A DNA stretch of 64,000 bases from an uncultured Mycoplasmataceae bacterium (lineage in GTDB: Bacteria; Bacillota_I; Bacilli_A; Mycoplasmatales; Mycoplasmoidaceae). Every line of letters starts with the position of its first letter. Position 1 is the first letter of the stretch. The translations under genes were made by a program, and so were the position numbers. The stretch covers positions 3,501 to 67,500 of the forward strand of contig CAMREV010000005.1 in assembly GCA_947041945.1 (NCBI GenBank), read 5' to 3'. Positions 11,962 to 22,707 of the stretch are shown one piece after another. The notes under the pieces are model-generated. The model was not told where the DNA came from, made no database searches, and saw nothing but the letters and a program-made list of their open reading frames with translations.

Positions 11962-12782
11962 TACTTACTTTTTTTTTCCATAAATGAATCATATAAAGAA
12001 TTTACTTTTGCATTATATTTATAAGCTACCATTTTACATGCTTCTTTAGTTTTAGTTCCTTTTTTTACTAATTTATCTATTTCAAATAACAATGAATTAG
12101 TATCATCATTACTTTCATTTTCGTTTTTAAAAATTATTACAAATTCCCCTCTTAAATCAATTTGAGAAATTATATCTGATATATTGCCAGAATATTTAGT
12201 TTCATTTTTCTTTGTTAGCTCTTTGCAAACATTTATTTTAATGTCACCAAAAACATGTTTTATGTCTTCTAATGTTTCCAATAAATTATGAACTGATTCA
12301 AATAATACCAATGTTGAATTAATTTTTTTTAATTTGAAGAGTTCTTCAATTCTTTTTTGTTTCTTTTTATTTAAAAAACCATTGAAATAAAAATTATTAC
12401 AAGGAAAATCTGACAATAAAAGCGCATGCATTATTGAACATGAACCATTTATTATTATTGGAGTAATATTATTTTTATTTAAATGTTTTTTTATTACATA
12501 ACCTGGATCACTTATCATTGGATATCCTGCATCACTCATTAATACACAATCATCAGTTTCTAGGTATTTCAATATCTTATCTATTTGGCCTGATTCTGAA
12601 AATTCATTGCAAATTATAAATTTTTTATCAGTTATTGGAATGTCTAAATTATTTAAAAGTTTTTTTGTTACTCTTGTATCTTCACATAAGAAAATTTTAG
12701 AAGAAACAATTACTTCTTTTGCTCTAATGCTAATTTCGCTAATGTTACCTATTGGTGTAGCTACAATATAAAAGTTATTCAT
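11961..12782 (-). CDS. rsmI: 16S rRNA (cytidine1402-2'-O)-methyltransferase RsmI
   Basis: Complete ORF with a tetrapyrrole-methylase-type N-terminus ..YIVATPIGNISEIS.. Confidence 0.85.
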   Translation of the reverse strand: MNNFYIVATPIGNISEISIRAKEVIVSSKIFLCEDTRVTKKLLNNLDIPITDKKFIICNEFSESGQIDKILKYLETDDCVLMSDAGYPMISDPGYVIKKHLNKNNITPIIINGSCSIMHALLLSDFPCNNFYFNGFLNKKKQKRIEELFKLKKINSTLVLFESVHNLLETLEDIKHVFGDIKINVCKELTKKNETKYSGNISDIISQIDLRGEFVIIFKNENESNDDTNSLLFEIDKLVKKGTKTKEACKMVAYKYNAKVNSLYDSFMEKKSK

Positions 12783-13302
12783 TACATTCCTTATTTTTTA
12801 AATCTTTATAACTTATGTTTATTATCTTAAGTATATTAAATAATTGTTTATGATTGTAATAAGGTATGTTTAATTTGTTACAAACTTTCAATCTTTTATC
12901 TTTTGTGTTCAAATTTAATAAAAGATATTCATCCCATGTAATTTTTGGTTTTTCTTCTAATGGAGAAAAAAAATTATTCAATGCATCTCTTATTGAATCA
13001 TCTCTTGCTTCAGCAATACCTTTTTTCAAACTTTTAGAATCAATATCATTAATAGTTATAAAAGCATGTTTTAAATCAGGTATTTCTTTTATTAAAATAT
13101 CTCTTATTCTCTTTCCAACTCTATCTGGATCAAGAAAACATATTATCCCTCTTGCTTCATTAATCTTTTTTATTAAATTAATTTTTTGTTTTGTAATATC
13201 ATATCCATTAGTTTCAAATGTTTCTACATTAGGAAAAATTTTTTTAACTTTTTTAGTGTCATTTTTTCCTTCAACTAATATTACTTCTTTAATAGAGTTC
13301 AT
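12775..13302 (-). CDS. rnmV: Ribonuclease M5 (Toprim domain)
   Basis: Complete ORF with ..VILVEGKNDTKKV.. and ..FLDPDRVGKRIR.. Toprim motifs. Confidence 0.8.
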   Translation of the reverse strand: MNSIKEVILVEGKNDTKKVKKIFPNVETFETNGYDITKQKINLIKKINEARGIICFLDPDRVGKRIRDILIKEIPDLKHAFITINDIDSKSLKKGIAEARDDSIRDALNNFFSPLEEKPKITWDEYLLLNLNTKDKRLKVCNKLNIPYYNHKQLFNILKIINISYKDLKNKECNE

Positions 13303-14279
13303 TATTTAATATATTTATTTCAATACTTGTCATAAAGTTTTGAAATAGATTTACCCGTAATTTGTGAATTGATTACTTCTGCAAAAAATCCACTTAAATG
13401 AACTAATTGAATTTTTGGATTTTTAATATTTAAATTATCCTCAATTGTATCAGTAATATACATTTTTTTAAGTTTTTTAGATTTTAATAATTCTTCAAAT
13501 CTACTTATTGCATCATGAGAAAAAACACCATGAGTACACATAACACTTACTGATTTGGCTTTTTTACTTAATAAAAGATCAATTGCTTGAATAATAGTAT
13601 TTCCAGTATCAATCATGTCATCAACTAATATACAATCTTTATTTTCAACATTACCTAATATGTCAAATACTTCAACTTTATTTGGTTCAGGTCTTCTCTT
13701 ATCAATTATAGCCAATGAAACATTTAATTTTGTTGCTATGGTTCTTGCTCTTTTAACACCACCATAATCAGGAGAAACAATGCATAAATCTTTCATTGAA
13801 AAATCTTTTAGAACATTACCTAAAATAATTCCAGATGCTTTTAAAGTATCAACTGGAATATCAAAGAAACCTTGAATTTGTTCTGAATGGATGTCCATTA
13901 ATATTATTTTATTAGCACCAGCATTTTCAATTAAATTTGCAACAAGTTTAGCAGTAATTGGTTCTCTACCTTTTGACTTTCTATCTTGTCTTGCATAACC
14001 AAAATATGGGATAATTACAGTAATTGAATTTGCAGATGCTCTTTTCATTGCATCGATTGCAATAAGTAATTCCATTAAATTGTCATTTACAGGATGAGAA
14101 GTTGATTGTATTAAAAATACATCTTTACCTCTTACAGTTTCTCTTGGTTTTACTAAAATTTCACCATCTGCAAATTTAAAAGTATCAATTTCACCTTCTT
14201 TAATTTTTAATTTTTGAGAAATTTCTTTTGATATTTTTTTTGAATTCGACAACCCATATAATGCAATACTTGTTAGCAT
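13302..14279 (-). CDS. prs: Ribose-phosphate pyrophosphokinase
   Basis: The ORF 13320..14279 'stop' at 13320 is TGA, and the frame continues to TAA 13302..13304. It has the PRPP-binding loop ..VDDMIDTGNT.. Confidence 0.95.
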
Positions 14280-14317
14280 ATTTACTTAATCCTTTTTTTA
14301 AATGAAAAATTTATTAA

Positions 14318-15952
14318 TTAAAAATCTTTGTCATCAAAACTTACAAATTTGCTTGTTGGAGCACTTGGTTTTTTAGAAAATATTTTTCATTTAGATTTAG
14401 GCTTTTTTGCTTCGTATGATTTAGATTCAAAACTTGATTCTTCTTTTTTTGTAGGAATCATGCTTGATTCAAAATCTTCATCATCATTAAATGAAGATTC
14501 TTTTGAGAATATATCGCTTTCTAGTAATTCTTCAGTTTTACTAAACAATTGTGTTTTAGAAGATATTTTATTGATATCATTGCTGTTATCAATTATTTTA
14601 CCCAATTCAAACTTACCAGCTAATAAGATATTAATTTCAGCATTTTCATATTTATCACTGAAAGAAATTCCATTTACTATATTTAAATCATTTGTTTGAA
14701 CTATTTCTTTTGTTGCAGATCTTGCATTTTCTAGAATACTACTTGGAACATTTTCATTAATTTTAAAATTAAAAATTGCATTTTGAGAATCAATGATATC
14801 GATATCTGTATAACCTTTTTCAATTCTCTCTTCAATTGCTTCTTTAATTGAATCTTTTGTATAATCAGAAATTTCAACTTTAACAAATAAGAATCCATTT
14901 TGATTTTTAAAGAAGTTTTTAATATCAGCAAAGTCAATATTAACATCAGCAGCATTTGTAATAATGTTAATAAATTCATCAATAATTACTCTAATGTATT
15001 CATTTGCATCTTCATATGCTTTCTTAATAGATGTTCTCTCTCTATCAGAACTAATAATTCTGTCATTACTTACAGTTGAGAAACCACTACAAATGTATGA
15101 AAGTTTGTCTAAACCAGATAATGCATTTGAATAAGTTTTATTACCTTCAGCACCAATTGATGGTAAGTTAAATAAACCAATTGTTAAAATTCCTAAATCT
15201 TTAGCAATTTGAGCAATTACGGGAGTAGCACCAGTACCAGTACCCTTACCTAATCCTGAAACTAGAATAAGGATATCTGTACCTTCAAGTATTTCTTTTA
15301 TTGATTCAGAGTCACCTTCAGCGGCTCTCTTACCCATTTCTGGATCTCCACCTGAACCATTTCCTTTTAATTCTTCAGAACCCATTAATAAAAGTGATCC
15401 AGCTAATTCAGGAATGTTTTTTAAAGCAATATAATCAGTGTTGATAGCTTTGATTTCAACAAAGCTTGGTCAAGTTCTAGAATTATATACATACTTGATT
15501 ATGTTGTTACCAGCACCACCAACACCTATAATCTTAACTTTAAAGCTTTTATTAAATATTTTACCATCACCCATAGTTTGGATTAAAGCATCACTAGGAA
15601 CATCAAGAATTTTTCCAATGTTTTTAGTTATTGTGATTTTTTGGTTGTTTTCTTTTGGATTTACATGGTTTTCTTCTATAACATCATTATTTCTTCTAGA
15701 AAAATCTTCATTTCTATCAACATTAATTACATTAGAATTTTGAAATTCGTTCTCAGATATTGAGTAATCATGACGAACTTCCTCTTTTTTTTCTACTTTT
15801 TTTTCTTGAAAGCTACTATTTTGCATAGTAGGACGAGCATAAGTGTTATTATTAACTACATTTTTAATTGGAATTATTTCTAAATCCTCTGTATTATTTA
15901 ATATTCTATCAAGATTCTTGTTACTCATGAGTGACTCCAATATTACATCCAT
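14318..15952 (-). CDS. ftsZ: Cell division GTPase FtsZ with long N- and C-terminal extensions
   Basis: Pieces 15470..15952 and 14387..15385 share a frame. The junctions at 15470 and 14387 are TGA, and TAA is at 14318. It has GVGGAGNN, a tubulin signature GLGKGTGTGATP and a T7 loop NIDFADI. An alternative internal start (..MGDGKIF..) would remove the ~130-aa N-extension. Confidence 0.85.
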
Positions 15953-16004
15953 TATTTTTAAATTATATAATAATATAACTAATTATAACAACATATTTTT
16001 ATTA

Positions 16005-17168
16005 TTACTTACTCAACATATTTTGTTTATGAACATATAATAAAGAATAAATTAGTGTGATATATTTTGGCTCTTGAAAAACCATTATTTTAATGTTTTT
16101 ATTGCTAAATTTAACATTAGATATATTTAAATATAAAACATCTGTTTTTTGATAAAGTTTTGCTTGAATATAATGAACTCACTCTTCAAGAATGTTACTG
16201 GCTGAAAGAATGTAAATTTCATCAATTTCTTCACCTTTTTTTGCTAAATCATTGTAAAAAATATTAATTTCATTTGTTAAATTTTGTAATCAATCCTTAA
16301 TAAGAATGTTTATATCACCATATTTAAAAGAACTATAATTTCCAATTTTTTCAGAAATAGATATTTTGAATGGAATAGACTTCTTATCATAAATAAAAAC
16401 ATTTTTGTAAATCTTAAGAATTTTAATCGCATCTTGCTCATTTACATTTGTAATTGATTCTATTTCATGTGTAAGATTTTTAAGTCCAAAATTTATGACT
16501 TCTCTTTTTGTTAAAGACATGTTCTTATAATAGAAAAAACTAGATTTATCATGTCCGATATTAATAAATGCTTTTTTATTTCTTAAATTATTTTCAAATG
16601 CTTCTGGAACAATCATTGAATCAACTACAATTTCATTTATTTTTATTTTCAGCTTGTCAAAAACTCTTATGAATGGTTCAATATATTTCTTTTTAGTAAT
16701 ATAATATTGAGTTTTAAAAATTAAACTAGTACCTTCAATATCAAATGGAATATCTTGATAATGATTTCCATCTAATTCTCAACTATATGTTTTTTTTCCT
16801 AATAAATAATTTTCCTTTAGTTGTAAAGAAGAAAGTGTTAGATTTGATGAAATTTTCTTTCATTTATTAATTGTTAAAAATTTATTAATTTTATATTCTG
16901 GTGATGTTGATGAAATTGTGTCTATATTTTTTGTAGGCAAATTTAGAACAATTTTATTTGGAGGTTGCCCAATATAATTAGTAATTTTTTTTATTTTCTC
17001 TGCAATTGTTTTCTCAAAGTTTTCCGAGTTATGCAATTGTGAGTCAACAATCATTTCATTACTTAGGAACTTATCAATATACATAACTCTTAAGTTATTA
17101 TCAACAATAGATCCAACAAGCATTTTTGTTTCATAGTTACCACAAACAATTATTAAATAAATATCCAT
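16005..17168 (-). CDS. Highly divergent FtsA-like actin-fold protein
   Basis: Pieces 16860..17168 and 16290..16616 share a frame joined by TGA, with TAA at 16005..16007. It sits between rsmH and ftsZ. The phosphate-1/2-like segments (IYLIIVCGNYETK, AFINIGHDKSSF) are weak. Confidence 0.5.
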
Positions 17169-17174
17169 AAAAAA

Positions 17175-18095
17175 TTAACACCTTTCTATACATCTAATTC
17201 TTGCACTTTTTGATCTGCTGTTTGAATCAAAATCATCTCTAATTTTCTTTTTATTTATAACATTGAAATTTTTTAAATTATCTTTAATTGGAACTTCTTT
17301 TGGAAATAAGTTTTTTGATTTTTCAGCAAAAATATCTTTAACAATTTTATCTTCTAGTGAATTGAAAGTTATTACAACTATCCTTCCATTTTTATTCAAT
17401 ATAGATGTAGCAGAATTTAATGACATTATTATTTCATTAACTTCATTATTAACTTCCATTCTTATTGCTTGAAAATATTTTTTTTCTGGATATTTTTTGC
17501 TATAGAGAATTTTTCTATCAATGCTTTCTCTTATTATTTTAACTAAATCATTTGTAAAAAAATCATTATTTGAATTATTTTCCCTAAATTGAATAATACG
17601 ATTACAAAGTCTAATAGGATTTTTATCATTTGCATAATTTCTAAACATTTGAAAAAGTTCATCATATTTATAATTTTTTAAAATAAAATTTGCTGTTTTC
17701 TCTTGTTGTTGGTCCATTCTCATGTCTACAATATTATCACTTAAATAACTAAATCCTCTTTCCTTATTATCAATTTGGGGACTTGAAATACCTAAGTCAT
17801 ATATTATTCCATCAACTTTTTCAATTCCTATTTCATTTAATTTTTTTACAATCTCAGAAAAATTAGATTTTATTATTGAACAGTTTTTGAATTTATTATT
17901 TTCGTTAAAAAAATCTATTGCCTCTTTGTCACGATCAAAGGCAATTACTTTTCCTTTTGAAGAAATCATACTAGCAATCTTAAATGTATGACCACCTCTA
18001 CCAAAAGTACAATCAATATATATTCCATCATCTTTTAAATTTAATGAATCAATTGATTCATCTAATAAAACTGGTATGTGTAATTTATTGCTCAT
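17175..18095 (-). CDS. rsmH: 16S rRNA (cytosine1402-N4)-methyltransferase RsmH (MraW)
   Basis: Complete ORF with ..HIPVLLDE..DCTFGRGGH.. motifs. Confidence 0.9.
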   Translation of the reverse strand: MSNKLHIPVLLDESIDSLNLKDDGIYIDCTFGRGGHTFKIASMISSKGKVIAFDRDKEAIDFFNENNKFKNCSIIKSNFSEIVKKLNEIGIEKVDGIIYDLGISSPQIDNKERGFSYLSDNIVDMRMDQQQEKTANFILKNYKYDELFQMFRNYANDKNPIRLCNRIIQFRENNSNNDFFTNDLVKIIRESIDRKILYSKKYPEKKYFQAIRMEVNNEVNEIIMSLNSATSILNKNGRIVVITFNSLEDKIVKDIFAEKSKNLFPKEVPIKDNLKNFNVINKKKIRDDFDSNSRSKSARIRCIERC

Positions 18096-18098
18096 ATA

Positions 18099-19787
18099 TT
18101 ATTTAGTTACTTTGCTTGGAGAGTTCATCATTAAATCAGTTCCTGAAGAACTTTTTGGAAAAGCTATCACATCTCTAATTGAATTAGAATTTGTAATAAG
18201 CATTAGCAGTCTATCTAGTCCAATTGCAATTCCACCATGTGGAGGAACTCCATATTCAAAAGCTTCCAATAAGAAACCAAATTCTTTTTTATATGTGTCT
18301 TCGTTTATTTTTAAAACTTCAAATACTTTTTTTTGAATTTCATTATTAGTAATTCTGATTGAACCACCACCAATTTCAAAGCCATTTAATACAATATCAT
18401 ATGACCTTGCTCTTGCTTCATGAAAATCTTTTGTAGATTTACCCGAGTCTTCTTCGACTGGTGATGTAAATGGGTGGTGAACAGATACATATCTATTTTC
18501 CTCTTTTGAAAATTCAAATAATGGTCAATTAACAATTCAAACAAAATTGAATCTCGCTTCTGGCTCAATTTTTAAAATATCAATTGTAGCATTTCTTATT
18601 GCTCCAAGTATTTTGTTTGATGTAAAACCATCATTGAAATCAATAAATAATGTTCCTGATTTAAACTTATTTTCATCAAATATATTTTTTATTATTTGAT
18701 CATCTACTTTACCTTCTAAAGAACCATCAACAATTTTTTTATCAAAAACACATGATATCAAACTTTTTGCACCATTGTCCTTTGCAAATTTTTCTATTTT
18801 TTTTAGATCCGTATTATTTATTAGAAAATCATTAACGAGAATAGCTTTAAAAACTTTACCCTTTGAAATCAAATCGCTAAAAATGGTGTTATTTTCAAAA
18901 TGTCTAGTGCAATTAAAAATTTCATACCCATAACCTAGATTTGGTTTATCGTTTCCATATAACTCCATTGCATCATCAAAATTCATTCTTCTAAATGGAG
19001 TTTTTAGATCAACACCTATTGTTTTTAAAAATACATTTTTAAGTAAACCTTCTACAAAATTAAAAATATATTCTTCATTTACTAAAGATAATTCAATATC
19101 TAGTTGAGTAAATTCTGGTTGTCTATCTAGTCTTAAATTTTCATCTCTAAAACATTTAGCAATTTGAAAATATTTCATAAATCCAGAAACCATTAATAAC
19201 TGTTTGTAAATTTGTGGAGACTGTGCTAATGAAAAAAATAAATTATCTTTTAAAGGGACCATATATCCATTTGCCCCTTCAACTGTTGGTTTTGTTAAAA
19301 TAGGTGTTTCGATTTCAATCATTTCCTTTCTATGTAAATATTCCCTAATATTTTGAATAAGATTTGATCTTAAAATAATATTTTTTTGCATACTAGATCT
19401 TCTTAAATCTAAGTATCTATATTTTAGTCTTATTTCTTCTAGACCATCAGTTTCATCTTGAATCAAAAATGGTGTATTTTTTGATAATGATATAATATTG
19501 AAACTTTCTAAAATTATTTCAACATGTCCTGATGGAACTTCATTATTAATTGACTTTCTATTTTTCAAAGTTCCCTTTATTGAAACTAGTGTTTCTTTAG
19601 GAGTAGAATATATTTCATTATAAAACTTATTTTTTTCATCAACAAAGACTTGAACAAATCCAGAAATATCATATACATCTAAAAATATAATAGAACCTAA
19701 TTTTCTAGTTTTTTTTATTCAACCAAAAATCATTATTGGCATATTAAGATTTTCATTATTTGTACATGTTTCAATAATAGATTTCAT
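18099..19787 (-). CDS. aspS: Aspartyl-tRNA synthetase
   Basis: ORF 18537..19568 has class II motifs (..[18 protein letters not shown]..). The C-terminal part, translated by hand through TGA codons (..[20 protein letters not shown]..), ends at TAA 18099. The N-terminal ATG follows an AGGAG SD. The start coordinate is taken consistent with the ORF track (see the rejected note). Confidence 0.85.
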
Positions 19788-19795
19788 TTTTTCTC

Positions 19796-21040
19796 CTATT
19801 CACTCTTCAATTTTTCAATTAGTAAATTTAATTTAACTTTTTCTTCTTTTTGTGTAATTTGATTTTTTATTATAATTTCAGAATTTTCTTTTTCTTTATC
19901 TCCATAAATTAAAATAATTGATGGGTTGTATTTTTCTGAAATTTTAAAATGTTGTTTTAGTTTATCTACGTCATATGATGTAACAACTTTAATACCATTA
20001 ATTCTCATGTCATTTATTATATTAAATGAATCAAAATTATTATTTGTTAGATTTGCGAAATAAACTAAATTTTTTCTTTTATAGTCATCTAAAGAATTTA
20101 ATTCAGCAATATTTATTGTTCTTTCCATACCAAGAGCAAAACCAAAACATGGATAGTCATCTTCTCCTAATTCAGAAAATATTTTTTCATATTTTCCACC
20201 ACCAATAATGGTATTGTTTTTTTCATTTGAAACTATCTCAAAAACAATTCCTGTATAATAGTCCAAACCCCTAACAAGAGATTTGTCCCATTCAAATTTA
20301 ATATTGTTTTTTTCCATAATACTTTTAAATAATTCGATATATTCTTTTTCTTCTTTTGTTAAGAAAGAATCAATAATTGGAGCATTCTTAACAATATCTT
20401 TTTTTGAATCTACTTTATCATCTAATATTCTTAATGGATTCTTATCTATTCTATTTTTAGAGTCATCAGTCAATAGATCAATATTGTCTTTGAAATATTT
20501 CTTTAATTCAATATTTCATTTTTTTCTTGTTTCTTTGTTACCAATGTAATTTAATTTTAAAACTGTATCTTTAATTTGAAGTTTTTCAACAATATTATTT
20601 GCTAATAAAATTATTTCAACTTCATCATAAATACTATTAAGAGAAATACATTCAATTCCATATTGATAGAATTGTCTTTGTCTTCCACTTTGTGGTCTTT
20701 CATATCTGAACATAGGACCAACATAAAAATATTTTAATGGATGCTTTTCCTTATGAAGAATTTTTTCTTCTACTACAAATCTTGCAATTGAAGCAGTACC
20801 TTCTGGTCTCAGTGTTATTTCTCTATTACCTTTATCAGTGAAAGTATACATTTCATTAGCAATCATGTCTGAAGTATCATCTTCATTTCTGCAAAAAAGA
20901 TCTTTGCTTTCAAAGATCGGTGTTTCTACTCTTGTGTATCCATAACTTCAAGAAATATCTTCTAAGAATCTAGAAAAATTAAAAAAGAATTCTGAAAAAT
21001 CCCCATGTATATCAATTGTTCCTCTTGGTTTTTTAAACAT
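19796..21040 (-). CDS. hisS: Histidyl-tRNA synthetase
   Basis: Pieces 20516..20866 and 19796..20473 share a frame joined by the TGA at 20516. ATG is at 21040. It has ..RPEGTASIAR.. and ..FRYERPQSGRQRQF.. motifs. Confidence 0.9.
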
Positions 21041-21049
21041 TGCAACCTC

Positions 21050-22651
21050 TTACTTTTTTTGTTTCATTGATTCAATAAATTTTTCAAAAATAGGATGAAT
21101 TTTGTTTGGTCTAGAAATAAATTCTGGATGAAACTGAACCCCAATATAAAATGGGTGATTTTCATATTCAACTATTTCAACAACACTATCTTTTTTTGAA
21201 AAACCTGAAAAAATTAATCCATTTTTTTCAAAATCAGATATTTTTTCATTATTAAAAATGTATCTATGTCTATGTCTTTCCTCAATATTTTTTTTGTTAT
21301 ATATTTTGCTAGCCAAAGTATTGTCAACAATTTCTATTTCTTTATTACCAAGTCTTAGTTCTCCGCCAAAACTTTTATTTTTATATGTTTTTTCATTGAA
21401 TACAATGTAATCAGATTTTTTGTTAAATTCTTCTGAATTAGCATCTTTTTTTCCCATAACATTAATGGCAATATCCAAACATGTTGCTTGCATACCTAAA
21501 CATATTGCAAGAGTAGGAACTTTTTTTTCTCTACAATATTTTGAAACAAGAATTTTTTCTTTAATTCCTCTTTCACCAAAACCACCAGGTATTAAAATAG
21601 CATTATACATAGAAAGCTTTTTCTCTATATTATCTTTTGTTATTTTTGTAATATCAATTAAATCAATTTCAATCTCAACTCCAACTTTATAAGAAGCAAG
21701 TTTAAGTGATTCAATTACAGACATGTAAGAGTCTGCTAGTCCTGAATATTTACCAGTTATCGCAATTTTAGCTTTATATTTCTTTTCATTTTGAACAGTT
21801 TCCAAAAATTTATTTCATTTTGTTAAAGAACCTTTTTTAAAGTTTTTTATTTGAAAATATTTTGAGATAGATTTTATTATACCTTGGTCATATAACATTT
21901 TTGGAATTGAATATATTGATTTACAATCTTTCGAAACAAAAATATTATCTTTATCAATATCACATGTTCAAGATAATTTTTGAATGGTGCTATCATCTAA
22001 ATCTTTATCTGATCTCATTATTAAAATATTTGGAGTTATTCCTAAATTTCTTAATGACTTCATTGAATGTTGAGTTGGCTTTGTTTTTAATTCATCATTT
22101 GCATTAACTTTTAATATTGGTGAACAGTGTAAAAATAAAATATTTTTTCTACCATAATTTCCTGAAAAAATTCTTAGCGCTTCAATGAATGGTATTGATT
22201 CAATATCACCAATTGTTCCACCAATTTCAATTATTAAAAATTCTGGCTTATTTTTTTTAATTAAGTTTGTTATTCTTTCTTGAATTTTTAGAACAATATG
22301 TGGGACAACTTGAACAGTTTTTCCATCATATTTTCCATTTCTTTCATCCGTGATAACTTCATAATATATTGAACCAGATGTAACTGAAGAAAATTTAGAT
22401 AAATCTCTATCTATGAATCTTTCGTAATTACCTAAGTCAAGATCAGTCTCTGCTCCATCACTGGTTACAAAAACTTCTCCATGTTGATAAGGAGACATTG
22501 TGCCTGGATCCACATTTAAATATGGATCAAATTTTTGCATGCTCACATTGTAGTTGAACTCAGTTAGAATTCTACCAATTGATGAAGCAATGATACCTTT
22601 ACCAAGTGAAGAATAAACCCCACCAGTAACAACAATTATCTTAGTTTTCAT
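21050..22651 (-). CDS. pyrG: CTP synthase
   Basis: Pieces 21968..22651 and 21050..21805 share a frame joined by the TGA at 21968. It has an N-terminal synthetase domain plus a glutamine amidotransferase domain (..LAICLGMQ.., ..HRHRY..). Confidence 0.95.
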
Positions 22652-22707
22652 AAATTTGTCTTTCTAAATATTTTTATTATATATTTTTATTAATAAAAAA
22701 AATCATT

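Noticed and set aside
14731-14982. An 83-aa minus-strand ORF in an alternative frame.
   Set aside because: It is embedded in the conserved FtsZ core reading frame.
18386-18568. A 60-aa minus-strand ORF.
   Set aside because: It is in the wrong frame. The aspS frame through this region encodes conserved class II motif 3 (..GGGSIRI.., ..[13 protein letters not shown]..).
19740-19861. Apparent +1 frameshift at the aspS N-terminus ([15 protein letters not shown].. versus ..PIMIFGWIKK..) and an apparent -1 shift near the hisS C-terminus when I read the bases by hand.
   Set aside because: The supplied ORF track shows hisS continuous to 19796 with the sequence ..KNQITQKEEK.. That disagrees with my manual base count at exactly two line breaks (19740/41 and 19860/61), and the two offsets cancel. 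I attribute this to my reading error rather than to pseudogenisation. Machine translation of 19560..20010 would settle it.
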